From NCBI RefSeq assembly GCF_001194135.2, contig NC_069002.1:37496108-37560107 (forward strand): a stretch of DNA of 64,000 bases. The letters run 5' to 3'. Below the pieces are notes generated by a model that worked only from the letters and a program-made list of their open reading frames with translations, did not search any database and was not told where the DNA came from. The translations under genes and the position numbers were made by a program. This document shows positions 51,700 through 64,000 of this stretch, piece by piece; the stretch's first letter is position 1; every line of letters starts with the position of its first letter. The DNA comes from Octopus bimaculoides. Its lineage: Eukaryota.

Positions 51700-52010
51700 G
51701 AAAAGGCCTTCAGGTGAACTGTTGGCAGATTTCAAGAAGCATGGAAGTTTTGAGGTTTGTAATGTCTCAACAGCTAACAACTGATGCGGGTTGTTTATTC
51801 CATGCTGTGAGACTTCCAAAAGTCCCAGAGTGCTTCTCTGGCACAGGACTCTATCAGGTTGGTGATGCAGCGAGTAAGGTTGAATTGGTGGTAGTTGACA
51901 GGTGGTAGGTGCGATCACCTTTTTTGAACAGCAGAATGACATGGGCAATTTTCCAGTGTTCTGGAGAGACACAGTTGTTGAGGCAGAATTGAAAAAAAGG
52001 AGCTTAACCA
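51700..52010 (-). mobile_element. CR1/L2-type LINE RT fragment
   Basis: The minus strand reads PEHWKIAHVILLFKKGDR...VNY...LTRCITNLIES. Confidence 0.7.
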
Positions 52011-52576
52011 TTTCAATGAAATTTTCTCCTATTGATTTTTTTCCCAAATTTGTTCACATAATAATACACGCATCAGTTTACTTAGCTGTCAGGAATTTTT
52101 CAGAATGTTACTTGAAATAGAGTAACATCTTACCCAGAAAAATAAATAACAAAGTGTTAATAAACTTAAAATGATGAGCAGGACTTCTATTATCGAGGAG
52201 ACAATTCAAAATCAAAAGCTTAAAATAAGTTCATGTAATATTTTCTAAAGGGTGTTCTGAGAAACCCCTGTATTTCCTTTTTTAAATTATCTGAATTTTG
52301 ATAAGACAGTGTTCTTGTAATAAAACTTGATATAAGTTCATAAAGGAAAGAGAATGGTATTCACTATTTCAAAATAAATTGAATCATTTCTTTCACCGTA
52401 ATTACTTTTACTTTACTTAATGGTTTAATAAAATTAAAGCTATGGTAAGGGTTTCTGCAAAATGTAGATGTGGGTTCTGCACATTTATGAACAACTGTTT
52501 AAGGGTTCCACAACAAAATAACCTTGGAAAACACTGAGTTGACTCATCGGGGTTACAATTAATCAACCTTAAAAAT

Positions 52577-52936
52577 AAACAAGAACACTCAAAGAGCGCA
52601 AACCTCTGCCAAAGCAACACCAACGTCCTCTCAACGATTAGCCAGAGATGATTTTTAAAATGAGAATAACTGAAATAATCTTGACTGCTCTCACAAACTA
52701 AAAAAGAACCCAACCGCTCTCAAAAATTAAGTAAAAAACCGAAAAAATAATCCAGAATCCTTGTCTGGTACAGGATCATTCCCAAAATCTAATCAGTTTG
52801 TGCCAGTCATGAGGCCAAACATCCCTGAAAGTTTCATCCGAATCCATTCAGTGGTTCTTGAGATATCTTGTCCATGGGCAAACAAACAAAGAAACACAAG
52901 TGAAAATACCTCTGCCTTCGTTAGGGCAGAGGTAAT
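52577..52936 (-). mobile_element. Non-autonomous Helentron-associated (HINE/DINE-like) element
   Basis: On -: starts ATTACCTCTGCC with a perfect 10-bp inverted repeat (52907-52916/52925-52934), then a TTTGTTTG microsatellite, and ends GGCAGAGGTTTGCGCTCTTTGAGTG (complement of the subterminal repeat). Confidence 0.6.
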
Positions 52937-53084
52937 AATGTGATGATGGGACGGGAAGGGGTAATAGTCTGATATGGAGACATGGAGACCCCTGCAAACA
53001 CGGTTTTGTAGATATCGTCAGAGAAGCAGGGTAATGATGCACGTGTCTGTAAAAGTAAACGGTAATGATGAGGCGTGGCTGTGT

Positions 53085-53375
53085 GGCCGGAAGTCTGCCC
53101 CCCAACCACAGAGTCACGGGTTCATTCCCACTGCATGGCACAGAAGGGGCCAGCTGACAAAAGCCTTGTGGGTAGGAGAAAACTGAAAGAAGCCTGTCGT
53201 GTGTGTATGCGTGTCCAACCACCGCTTGACAACTGGTGCTGGTTTGTTTATGTCCCCCACTTAGCAATTTGGGAAGAAGATTATAAAAAAATATTGCAGT
53301 CAATTTATTTGACTAAAACCTTCAATTTGGTGCCCCAGAATGGTCGCAGTCCAGTGAATGAAACAAGTAAATAGT
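53085..53375 (+). mobile_element. Family A SINE
   Basis: GGCGTGGCTGTGTGG head through the GCAGTCCAGTGAATGAAACAAG tail. Confidence 0.8.
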
Positions 53376-53934
53376 ATAGGATAAAAGATAATACCTTTAC
53401 TTTCTACTTGTTTCAGTCATCTCCACCATGGATATAGTGTCTCCCCGATGATCTTTCCCTCCACCCAGATTTGGATGATCATAACTTTCAGAAAAATGGA
53501 TATTTGTTAATGACATTTTCTACGAATATGTGTTATATCATGTAGATTCCGAAAATACAAGATTCTTTTTTTGGTGGGGTGGGGTGGGGGTGGGGGTGTT
53601 TCATGAGAGGATGGGTGCGGAATTTCAGAAAATTTACCGGAGTTCATTTCAATTCGCATTAACTTTCAAGAAAATGGATATTTTTTAATGAAATTCTCTA
53701 CAAATATACCTTGAACTATGTAGATTCCGAGGACATAGGAATTTTTGGAGAAAACAACTGAGGGTTATTTTTGAGAACTGTTCCCCACTCGCGGGTGTTT
53801 CTGAACAAGTCCATATTTGTAGAGAATTTCATTAAAAAATATACATTTTCTTGAAAATTAAGACGAATTGAAGTGGACTCCGGTGAATTTTCCAAAATTT
53901 CCCACTCCACCCCCAAACTTAAATTGATCTAATT

Positions 53935-55941
53935 CAGGGTTTCCCAACCTGGGCGATGAACGAATTTTTAGGAAATGGTGGGCGATAAAGGATTTTTGGT
54001 AATTATGTTTTCCCTAGTCTAAACTAAGCTTGCATATCGTCGTTTCTCTCTTCTGCCTCTCACACACTCCTTGTACTTCTGTATTGCCGCTTAATGTATG
54101 GAAGAAATCACTGAACGAACTATATCTCTTGACCGTTCGTTCTTTCACTTCTGCCTTCGTCCGTTCATCTCATATCAGATTAGAAGTAGTGACCAGACCC
54201 ATTAACCATGTCACTACACTTGCATTGGACGCACACACATCCGCGTGCATCGTGAATTTCTGCCTTTGCCGATTCCGCTTCTATGAATTCTTTTTTCGAA
54301 TTTTAACTTTCCTGATGCCTCCGGTAAAGAAAACTTGTCGCCAATACAGCGTTAACTATTTATCATATGGATTTATTGCTTCTCCTCGAAACTGTCAATT
54401 ACCCATGTGTCTTCTATGCCAGCAAACTTTGAGCAATGAAGCTATGAAACCTTCACGCTTGAAATATCATTTTGATTCCAAGCATTCCAACAAAAGAGAC
54501 AAACCATTGTTACAGAGAACTTGCTGCTTGATTCAAAGGTACATCTATTTTCAATGTGCTTAAGCGTTTCCTTTCTGAACATCATATCCCTGTGCGTCTG
54601 ATGGGGCCCCTTCCTTGGCTGGAAGATACAAAGGTTTTCATCTCACCTAAAGCGTGAAATTTCTCAACAGATTTTAACAGTTCATTGTGTGATATACCAA
54701 CAACATTTAGTGGCAAAAATATCAATGGTCGGTTGAATGATGCGCTGCAGTTGGTTACCAAAACTGTGAATAAACTGAAATCAAATTCCTTGTCTGATCG
54801 AATTTTCCGTCAACTGTGTCTGGATAATGATGATGACTTTGTAAGGCTTCTGTACCATACTGAAGTACGATGGCTGTCAAAGAGCAACTGTGTTGTTCGC
54901 TTTGTTGAACTGTTTCATGTGATCATATCTTTCTTTGAAAGTACTTCTCTGTCGGCTTCATTGATTGCTGGAAAGCGCGATATTTGTTTTTTTAATTTTT
55001 ATTATTCTGAGCGATATATTCACTAAATTTAATGACTTGATTAAGTTGTTGCAAGGAAAGCAAAAAACTCTTGTCGACTGTGAATCATTTATCACCACCT
55101 TCATTTCGAAATTGATCCTGTATAAAATAAACATTTCCAAACGTCAATTGCATCAATTTCCACAACTGGATTCTTTGAAAGATGAATTGGTTGATGAGGA
55201 TATCGTTACCTATCGTGACTATCTACAATCATTGCATGATGACATGACGGAGCGATTTCAAGATGTTATTACATTGAATATTCCAAATTGGTATAGCAAA
55301 CCATTCGAAGTTCAAGCAGTCCATTGCGAAGACGACGTTCAGGAGGAACCAATTGCATTGCAATGCAAAATGATAACGAGGCTACAATGCGATGTCGGTT
55401 TCATGTCGAAGAAGGCTTCTGGCACCATCAAAGTATATTCAATTCTTACCCCAACCTATGGAAGCATTAGAAATTAACTTTGCTTGCCTTCCCAACGTCG
55501 TACAACGTGGAATCTGGTTTCAGTCACGCTGGTACTTTATTTTCTACAAGCAGAAGTGGACTGGATGTAGCCAAAAAGGAGACTTGCGATTAAAATCGAC
55601 AAATTTGCAACCAAATGTGTTTGCAACTTGCTGCATCGCATCAGCCTCAAGGATCACGCTGAGAACTAAACATGGTGAGTTTGTTGGACATTTAATACAT
55701 TTATCATTTTTCAATTTTATTTCATTTGAGAAACATTTAGAAATAGAAACTTCATTCTTCTGAATACTGTTTCAACTCCGAATGCCCATTTTGCAATCAT
55801 CTCAATAAATATTTCATTTTTTAAGCAACCGTTCTGAATATGCTTTGTTTTTGCGTCCTAAAAATTACTGCACAGGTTAGCGATAAGAACTTTTGTGTGT
55901 GGAAAAGCGGGCGATAACGACAAAAAAGTTGGGAACCCCTG
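53935..55941 (+). mobile_element. Buster-type hAT DNA transposon, internally deleted, both TIRs present
   Basis: TIRs CAGGGTTTCCCAAC / GTTGGGAACCCCTG. 8-bp flanks ATCTAATT / GCCTAACT share a central TA. Transposase pieces: CRQYSVNYLSYGF...PMCLLC...SNEAMKPSRL (BED finger), ASDGAPS, VHCVI and LLYHTEVRWLSK, with frameshifts. Confidence 0.92.
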
Positions 55942-56338
55942 GCCTAACTGAAAAATAAGATATATTTTATTTCTGAAAGATGGGCATTTATATCATTGGA
56001 NNNNNNNNNNNNNNNNNNNNNNNNNNNNNNNNNNNNNNNNNNNNNNNNNNNNNNNNNNNNNNNNNNNNNNNNNNNNNNNNNNNNNNNNNNNNNNNNNNNN
56101 NNNNNNNNNNNNNNNNNNNNNNNNNNNNNNNNNNNNNNNNNNNNNNNNNNNNNNNNNNNNNNNNNNNNNNNNNNNNNNNNNNNNNNNNNNNNNNNNNNNN
56201 NNNNNNNNNNNNNNNNNNNNNNNNNNNNNNNNNNNNNNNNNNNNNNNNNNNNNNNNNNNNNNNNNNNNNNNNNNNNNNNNNNNNNNNNNNNNNNNNNNNN
56301 NNNNNNNNNNNNNNNNNNNNNNNNNNNNNNNNNNNNNN

Positions 56339-56836
56339 GCTCCATACTTCTGAACCTTTTCTATGGAGTGAAGATGCTTCTCTGTAGCAGTGTGAGAGCA
56401 TTCCATTTTCTCTGCCAGTTCCCTTGTCATTTGACGAGAATTTTCATGCAAAAGTTGGTTTAATCGCTCTTCATCGAACTCAACTGGACGGCCATTTTTG
56501 AACTTGGCATACCAATCACAAGCGGTTCTTTCAGCTATGGCACCCTCTCCATACACAGCACAAATGTCGCGAGCAGCTTTTGCAGCCTTAGAACCTTGAT
56601 TAAAAGCAAAAAGAAGGAAGTGTCGAAAATGCTTGTTTTTCTTAACTTGACATTCCATTTTAATGATCTGAAAATAAACAAAAATTAACTAAGATTAACT
56701 AGAAAAAACAAAAAAGATTCCAAAATAATTCAAAAATAGAATTCTCTAAAAAATTAGATTCCAAAATTTAAAAACGCAATAAATTACAAAATTAAAAAAA
56801 CAAAAAAAAACGGCGGGAACTTAGTTGTCAATCCAA
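56339..56836 (-). mobile_element. Mariner (mellifera-like) 5' part, cut by assembly gap
   Basis: MECQVKKNKHFRHFLLFAFNQGSKAAKAARDICAVYGEGAIAERTACDWYAKFKNG-RPVEFDEERL. TIR TTGGATTGACAACTAAGTTCCCGCC, followed by TA at 56837-38. Confidence 0.88.
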
Positions 56837-56861
56837 TAGATATATGCTTATATATTCTGCG

Positions 56862-57160
56862 TGGAGGCGCAACGGCCCAGTGGTTAGGGCAGCGGACTCG
56901 CGATCATAGGATCGCGGTTTCGATTCCCAGACCGGGCGTTGTGAGTGTTTATTGAGCGAAAACCCCTAAGGCTCCACGAGGCTCTGGCAGGGGATGGTGG
57001 CGAACCCTGCTGTACCCTTTCACCACAACTTTCTCTCACTCTTACTGTTTCTGTTGTGCCTGTAATTCAAAGGGTCAGCCTTGTTACACTGTGTAACGCT
57101 GAATATCCCCGAGAACTATGTTAAGGGTACACATGTCTGTGGAGTGCTCAGCCACTTGCA
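56862..57160 (+). mobile_element. Young tRNA-derived SINE (family C)
   Basis: GGCGCAACGGCCCAGTGGTTAGGGCAGCGGACTC...GGTTTCGATTCCC head, CpGs retained, non-tRNA body. Confidence 0.8.
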
Positions 57161-57164
57161 TTTG

Positions 57165-57572
57165 TGATCCTTTCTAACAATTCGTGTAAGAGTCCAATGG
57201 TCCCTATATGAAAATTTTGGTTTTCTTCTGGAGTTTTGTTTCAACAAGGAGGTTTTTCCCTCTATCTTAAAGGCTGTCATTACTTTTTGATATACCAAAC
57301 ATTTCGGCTGTTTCTATTATGCTAGCGCCTGCCATACGAGCACCAACAACTTGACCTATTTGAAAGCTTGATAGATCTATCATTTTAATGTATTTTAATT
57401 ACCTTTTTCTGATGACATCTAAAAAGAAACAGCAAGTTTAGCAATACATATTAAGCAACACTAATAATAAATATAAAAAAAAATAAACAAGCTCTTGACG
57501 GGTTTATAGATATTTCAAAATTATGATGCTTTTATGCTAGGTGTTTCAATTAATTTGTCCAGCTGCTGTACA
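57165..57572 (-). mobile_element. Tc1-like transposon 5' fragment
   Basis: MIDLSSFQIGQVVGARMAGASIIETAEMFGISK and MTAFKIEGKTSLLKQNSRRKPKFSYRDHWTLTRIVRKDHK. Confidence 0.82.
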
Positions 57573-58163
57573 TATACATGTAAATGCACACTTACATGTA
57601 AGTATATTAGAATGATATGGTAAAAGTATAACATAAAAAATATAAAATTAAAATTAAAAATAAATAAATATAAGACTGAGTACATATCGGTCATTATTTT
57701 GCTATTGATAATGTGTTAATATGGTTTAATGTGGTGAATAATAATGGGATTTATGTAGGTGTATGACTATTCAAATTTATATAATAAAGTCTAATATTGT
57801 ACATGTCTCAATTATGCCAGTTGGAATATTGATAGAAGGTTGCTCATGAGACGTGTATAATAGGTTAGTTATTAGGGGTGATTAGTATAAAATGTTACTA
57901 GGTATATTTTTAGTGGAGGTGTAATATAATAATATAAAAATAATTAAATTAACTAATCTACAAGAATATATATATAAAAATATAAAATGGAAAAGTGGAT
58001 ATATATAAAAAAAATATAAATATGTGATTGCATATCATGTATTATTTTGCAGTTAAAGATGTGTCAATATTGTTAACGAAAATAGTTATGTGGATAATAA
58101 CAAATACAAATATTACCAAGTTTGGCTATTCAATGCTAGGATAGTGCATAACTGATATAAAAG

Positions 58164-58164
<1 letters not shown>

Positions 58165-58250
<86 letters not shown>

Positions 58251-58362
58251 GTATATATATGTGTATATATGTGTATATATGTATATATATACATATACAT
58301 ATATATATATATATATATACACACACATATATATATTTACATATGTGTGTGTGTGTGTGTAT
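58165..58362. repeat. Compound (CTAT)n(AT)n(GT)n microsatellite
   Basis: Seen directly. Confidence 0.95.
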
Positions 58363-58689
58363 TTAAAGGAATGCGCTAGGCAAAACCTGAAATATATTAA
58401 CCTAGTGTTTGGGGAAATATAAAAAATTGGCAAAAAAATTGAAGAAAGAATAAAAAGAAAAAAAGAACGGATAATAACATTAATGGTTATTATGGTGATA
58501 ATGATAATGATTTCTTTTATTGGCCACAAGGGCTCACGAAGAAAAATAATAATGCTGTTGGTTGTTGTGAAAGTAATAATGTTGGTGGTGGCGATGATGA
58601 TATTGTTATTTATAGTAATAAATGTAAATAATATGTTAGGTCACTTTTAGTGTTGTTGGTGACATGTAATCAAGTACAACCTGTTTTAT

Positions 58690-61600
58690 GTTCAGGCTGT
58701 TGATGACTAAACTTGCAACCCAACCAAGCACTTGCCTGATAAAGAAGGTGGCTTTTGTTGGACACACTGCATAACAAAAAGCAACACCTGTTAAAGGGTG
58801 GAGGAATTCACTAGAGTCGACTATATGAGTCTTTATTTACTGCAAGAATAAATACCGGAGGCGGCAACCAACACAGGATAATTAGTTTCCCTGAAGGCAT
58901 ACAGACTTCTTGAAAGTCTTTGCTTTTAACAACTGGTTGGTAGTAATATTAAAACAAACACCATTTATCAGAGAAATGTCAATAATGAAAATAATCCGAA
59001 TAACGTCCACAAGACTGGAGCTTTTAGTGAAGGTGTCACATCCAGCAAGTGTCTTGTGGAACAGCAGTGCAGGTTCAGTTGTAATGAAGTTACTGCAGAC
59101 TCACAGCAGTGAAGTAGATTGAAATAGACAAAAGAAAACAACAAATTGTTTGTTACATTATGAGTGAGCCAGAGAAAAAAGGCTACAGAAAAAGGTCACT
59201 TGGGCTCTGGAAAAAAATATCCACATGATGAGCTGAAGGATGCCAGTGAACAAAGACTGGCTGATCAGATTGGACAAATTAAGATCAAAAAGTGGTTAGA
59301 AAAGACAGAACAAGAGGAGATTATAATGGAAGTGTGAAAGGAACTACTGATTCAGAAGAAGTACCTATGAATTAGGAGAATCTAGAGTGTTTGGGGGCAT
59401 GGAGGGAGGAAATCTAGCATCTATAGAAGATATTACTGTCCCTCAAACTAAAACGTCACTGGAAGAAATTAACCAAGAACTAGCTGCTCTTCATGAGAGA
59501 ATTCTAGAAGTGATGTTCCTTGAGGAAAGGAAAAGGTTACCATCATTGAAGTTACATGAAGGGAAAGGCCCAGGAAAGCGAATGAAGTTAGGATGAGAAT
59601 TCCAAGTAAGGACATTAGTGAGTTCAATTCCTTGATGTATGGCATTGCTTATGTCATCACAGAAAATATGGGAATGTTTAGATAAAAAAAAGTACAGAGA
59701 AATAAAGAATTAATGTTAGAAAAGGAAGATAAAAGAAAACATTAATATATGGTGGAGGGATTTAAGTAAGATTGAGGAAGTAAGGCAGAGGAAATTTGAG
59801 GTTCAATGGAAAAGAACAGAACTCCATGAACAAGAAATACTGCTCTGGTGGACAACTGCCCTCTATTTATATGAGATATGTTAAAACAAAAGATGAAATC
59901 AAGTGGAGTTAGGATGAAAAGATTAGAGGAAAGATGCCTACAGGTCAAACAAAATCAACCGTTTAGAACAAATCAGAAACTGTTTCACAAGGTTCTGGAC
60001 GGAGGAAAAGGCAGAAATACCTGATCGCAAAGAAACAACTTCATTTTGGAGTAAGATCTTGTCAGAGGTTATCAAACACAACAACAAGGCACCCTGACTT
60101 CATGAAGTGGAAGAAGAATTCAATGGTATGGATGTTACCATCACATTGGAAGATATATGAACTGAAGTTGGTAAAATAAAAAAATTGGAAGGCATCTGGC
60201 CTGGAGCCAGGTCAAGGTTTTTGGTTCAAAGTTTTGATGAATTTACATCCTAAATTCCAGAAGCTCTTGCAAGGCTGTGTACACCAAGGAATTATACCAG
60301 AATGAATGGTCAAAAGAAGAACTGTGATGATCCAAAAGGACTGAGCCAAAAGTTCCATAGTCAGTAACTGTCACCCAATTGCCTGTATACCTGGGGTGTG
60401 GAAGTTTCTAACTAAAATAATGGGTAAAAAATTGTAAGACCAATTGAAAGAAACAAACTGATTGCAGTAAGGGATCATGAGGAACAAAGGATCAGCTGCT
60501 GATAAATAAGGCAATTTCAAAGTATTGTCGGAGAAGGTTGACAATCCTATCAGTGGCCTGGATTGCTAACAAGAAAGCATATGATATGGTTCCTCACTCA
60601 TGGATTCTAAAATGCTTGGAGATGGTTGCAGTAGCTAAAATTCTGATTTATTTATTTAAACAGTATGAGGAACTGTAAGACAGTTTTAACATCAGATGGA
60701 AAGGAAATTGGACAAATCTGCATCAAGAGGGGAATCTTTCAATGAAATTCTGTGTCATCCCTGCTGTTTATTGTTTGTATGTTACTGTTGTCCATGGTTC
60801 TAGGAAGATAGAAGTTGGTTACAAACTGAAGAAAAATATGAGACCAAGTAATCACCTGCTGTTTATGGAGGATTTGAAGCTTTATGGAGCTAGCAAGGGT
60901 CAACTGGACTCCCTTATTTAGATTGTACAAATTTTCAGTCATGGCATCCAGATGGCATTTGGTGTAGATCAATACACAGAGGAGAGGGTAATGAGTAGAT
61001 AACAGTGGAATACAACTTCCAGATGGTGAGGACATAAGAGAAAGCNNNNNNNNNNGGGGGGGGAGTTGCAAGTATCTTAATCCAGATGATGAACACCAAG
61101 ATAAAAGAGAAAATTTCTTTTGAATATATCTGAAGAGTTAAAATATCTATGTAGATCCAAGCTGAATGGAGGAAACCTAATTAGAGACATCAACACTTGG
61201 ACTGCAGGTGTGGTATGCTACTCTGTAGAAGTTGTGGAATGGACAGAGGAAGATAATGGCTATGCACAGGTGCCTTCATACTAGAAGTGACATAGCAAGG
61301 CTTTTCTATCTAGGAAGAGGATAGTGTTATGAAAGAGTTCAAGTCTTTGTATGCCTATCTGAGGAATAGGGATTAAAAGAATGTTGCAGGCTGCACTTAG
61401 TGAGAAGGTGATCAGTGATATTGGTGAGACCCTCCGGGAGTACAATATGAGGACTAATTGATAAAGAATCGTCGACTAGAAAGAGAAAGTCCTACATGGA
61501 GAGTTTTTCCAGCAAACGATGGATGAAGCTGATGGAGAATCCTGAAGATGGTTACAATATGTTTTTTTTTAAAGAAGGAGACAAAAGGACTGATCCTTGC

Positions 61601-61940
61601 TGCTCAAGAATAAGCTTTACAAACCAACTCAATCAAGTGTAGCAGTGATAAGACAGCAACATTGCCTTTGTGTAGATAATATTAAAAATCATCTGAGACA
61701 GTTAGGCATAATTAGCGGGTGCTCAAAACTAGCCCAAAAGGGGCATCCATAGTCTCAAAAGTAATGTGGTATCTATTGTGACCGGTGCACTTGGGACCAT
61801 CTCAAAGAAAGTAATATTCTGGCATCAAAAGCTGGAAATACCAAACTTCATAGCAAGTACTTGAAACAGCACATGTAATGAGAAAAGTGTTGCATCTCTA
61901 AGCTGCAGGATGGGACCGACACCTGACTTAGGCAACTCAG
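58690..61940 (+). mobile_element. Dong/R4-clade (RLE) non-LTR retrotransposon, near full length, decayed
   Basis: EQRLADQI N-terminal motif (~59250), [12 protein letters not shown] (~60575), GIFQ...LLF, NHLLFMEDLKLY (~60850), C..C...ETV.HI.GCSKLAQK knuckle (~61670-61740) and SIVTGALGTISK. Many stops. Confidence 0.85.
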
Positions 61941-61964
61941 GTGAAGAGAAGATGATGATGATGG

Positions 61965-62165
61965 TGGTTTCAAATTTTGGCACAAGACCAGCAAGTTTGG
62001 GAGAGGAGATAAGTTGATTACATTAATCCAAGTGCGCAACTGGTATTTCTTTTATCAATCCTGAAAGAATGAAAGACTAAGTCCACCTCGGTGGAATTTG
62101 AACTCAGAACGTAAAGACAGACAAAATGCCACTAAGCAGTTTGCCTGGTATACTAATGACTGGGC
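61965..62165 (-). mobile_element. Family B SINE
   Basis: Reverse complement of the family B consensus. Confidence 0.8.
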
Positions 62166-63202
62166 TGGTGTCTTATCAACTCAAAAAAGTCAAATGGATG
62201 AGTTAAATGTGGCAGAATTTGGGCTTAGGAGAATGGGGACCTGGAATGAATAAGGGATTTTATTTAACACTTTCTCTTTCTTTGTCACTTTAACATTAGA
62301 CACTCCACTACATACAGTAAATGAACTTGTCTTTACCTCCTTGTTACCTTATGCTCTCCCGTTTTATGATGTTTGGGTTAATTTGAATTTGAGCTACATT
62401 TGGCTACTATAACGGAGGCCCTCATTATTCTCATAACACTCATAGAAGTAGTAATAGTAGCAGGAGAGCTGCTACTATTGAAGTGTTTTTTGTTTAGTTT
62501 TTTTATTTAGCCTTCGATGGTGTATCCGAGTGGTGCAGGCAGACCTATAGGGAAATATATTCAATCCAACCTAATGTATATGTAAGATTACATTATTCAA
62601 TCTGTGCTTCCATTGTTAATTGGTCTGAGAGATAGAGAGAGTTGGTTGCTGTTTCTATTAGCAGGTTGAACAACCATATAGAAACTTCCGTGCTTGTCAA
62701 AATACTGGTCAATCTGGTTGGACGATCTCTGTTAATGCAACATCATTGCTATAATCATTTCTGTATTATTTTTGATTCTATTTGCATATTCCTCTTTTGA
62801 TTCATAAAGAAAACTGATATTTAATTGCTTCTTCAAACTTGTTGCACCTACATATTTTCCTTATATTTTCTTTGTTCAACACATGGATATTTAAGTTGTC
62901 ATTATGTCACTAAGGACAAATAAACACACACAATTCAACAACTTAAAGTTTTGCTAGAAATATCAACAAAATCTTCCCCATATCATTGCTAAAGGGTTAG
63001 GGTTAGAGGCGTGTTTCTCAATGATTTTGGCATCAACGCACCCAGAAGAGACTAAATAACAAATGACTAATGCATAGTAATGTAGTTGAGAAGTTGGCTT
63101 TGCAGTCACGTGCTTTTTGGTTCAGTGCCACTGCGTAACACTTTGGGAAAGTATTTTCAATTATAGACCCCAAGTTGACATAATAGAAAATGTATGGAAG
63201 TC

Positions 63203-63255
<53 letters not shown>

Positions 63256-63689
63256 TATATATTCATGTTGCCTTAGGCGGTCTGTCTTGCTGCAGCAGAT
63301 AGATTAGCCAGGTGTATATAAATATATATATATATTGATTGATTGATATATATATGAAGAATAAATTAACTAGAGAAATATAATTCACAATCTAACAATT
63401 TATTTATATTATAATATAAGATATATATAATATAAGACAACATAAAAATTATTAAAAATCCCCCAAAAGCCAACAACTTGTTTCGACTTATAAACATTAT
63501 TTGATTTATAAATAATTCATATCCATGTATACAAGCCTCTTCCGGATTTTGGTTCAAAAGACAGATGAAATTCCATGTAAAATGACTACCAGATTGCAAA
63601 ATACTGATTCAAAGTACCTATGTTCAAGAGTGTGAGCGTTAATTATTCAGATACACAACAAGTACCATAAAAGAACAAAAATAACAAAT

Positions 63690-63956
63690 AAAATATATAT
63701 ATAAACATACATATATTTACATATACATACACATATATACATACACATGCATAATCATACACATACATACAAATAGATATATACACATTGGGTATATGTG
63801 TATATATGTGTATGTATATGTGTGTGTGTGTTGGTGTATATCTCTATGTATGCATATGTATGTATGTGCATACATGTGTGTATATATATGTATCTATGTA
63901 TATATGTGTGTATGTGTGTGTATATATGTGGAAAAGTATATATGTATGTATGTATG

Positions 63957-64000
<44 letters not shown>
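63690..64000. repeat. AT/GT/AC-rich microsatellite block
   Basis: Seen directly. Confidence 0.95.

Noticed and set aside
56862-56935. tRNA gene (also heads at 12939, 30935, 47040)
   Set aside because: A/B boxes are present but there is no complete cloverleaf, and they continue into repeated SINE bodies.

Overview
This is eukaryotic, AT-rich draft-assembly DNA with eight N gaps and very dense (AT)n/(GT)n/(GA)n microsatellites. The tRNA-derived SINE families suggest an octopus, possibly Octopus bimaculoides (inference). Gene models built by hand from splice sites and remembered protein homology are: exon 1 of CIAO3/NARFL (-, 5035-5112); a complete 9-exon mLST8 (+, 10783/10843-21076) whose first coding intron carries minor-spliceosome (U12) signals; a single-exon seipin/BSCL2 CDS (-, 32963-34198); a 3-coding-exon TRAIP (-, 40549-45092); and a disrupted WDR55 remnant (+, 47528-47935) head-to-head with TRAIP. 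The rest is mostly transposon-derived: Helitron, RTE, CR1, Penelope, Dong/R4, Buster-type hAT, two mariners, Tc1, MITE/foldback elements, a HINE-like element and several SINE families. I found no CRISPR array, rRNA, true tRNA gene or clearly novel multi-gene system. The best leads are the U12-type intron, the WDR55 pseudogene at a likely bidirectional promoter, the intronless CpG-rich seipin and a promoter-like block inside NARFL intron 1. Homology calls come from memory of protein families, not database searches, and TE boundaries are approximate unless TIRs or TSDs are given.
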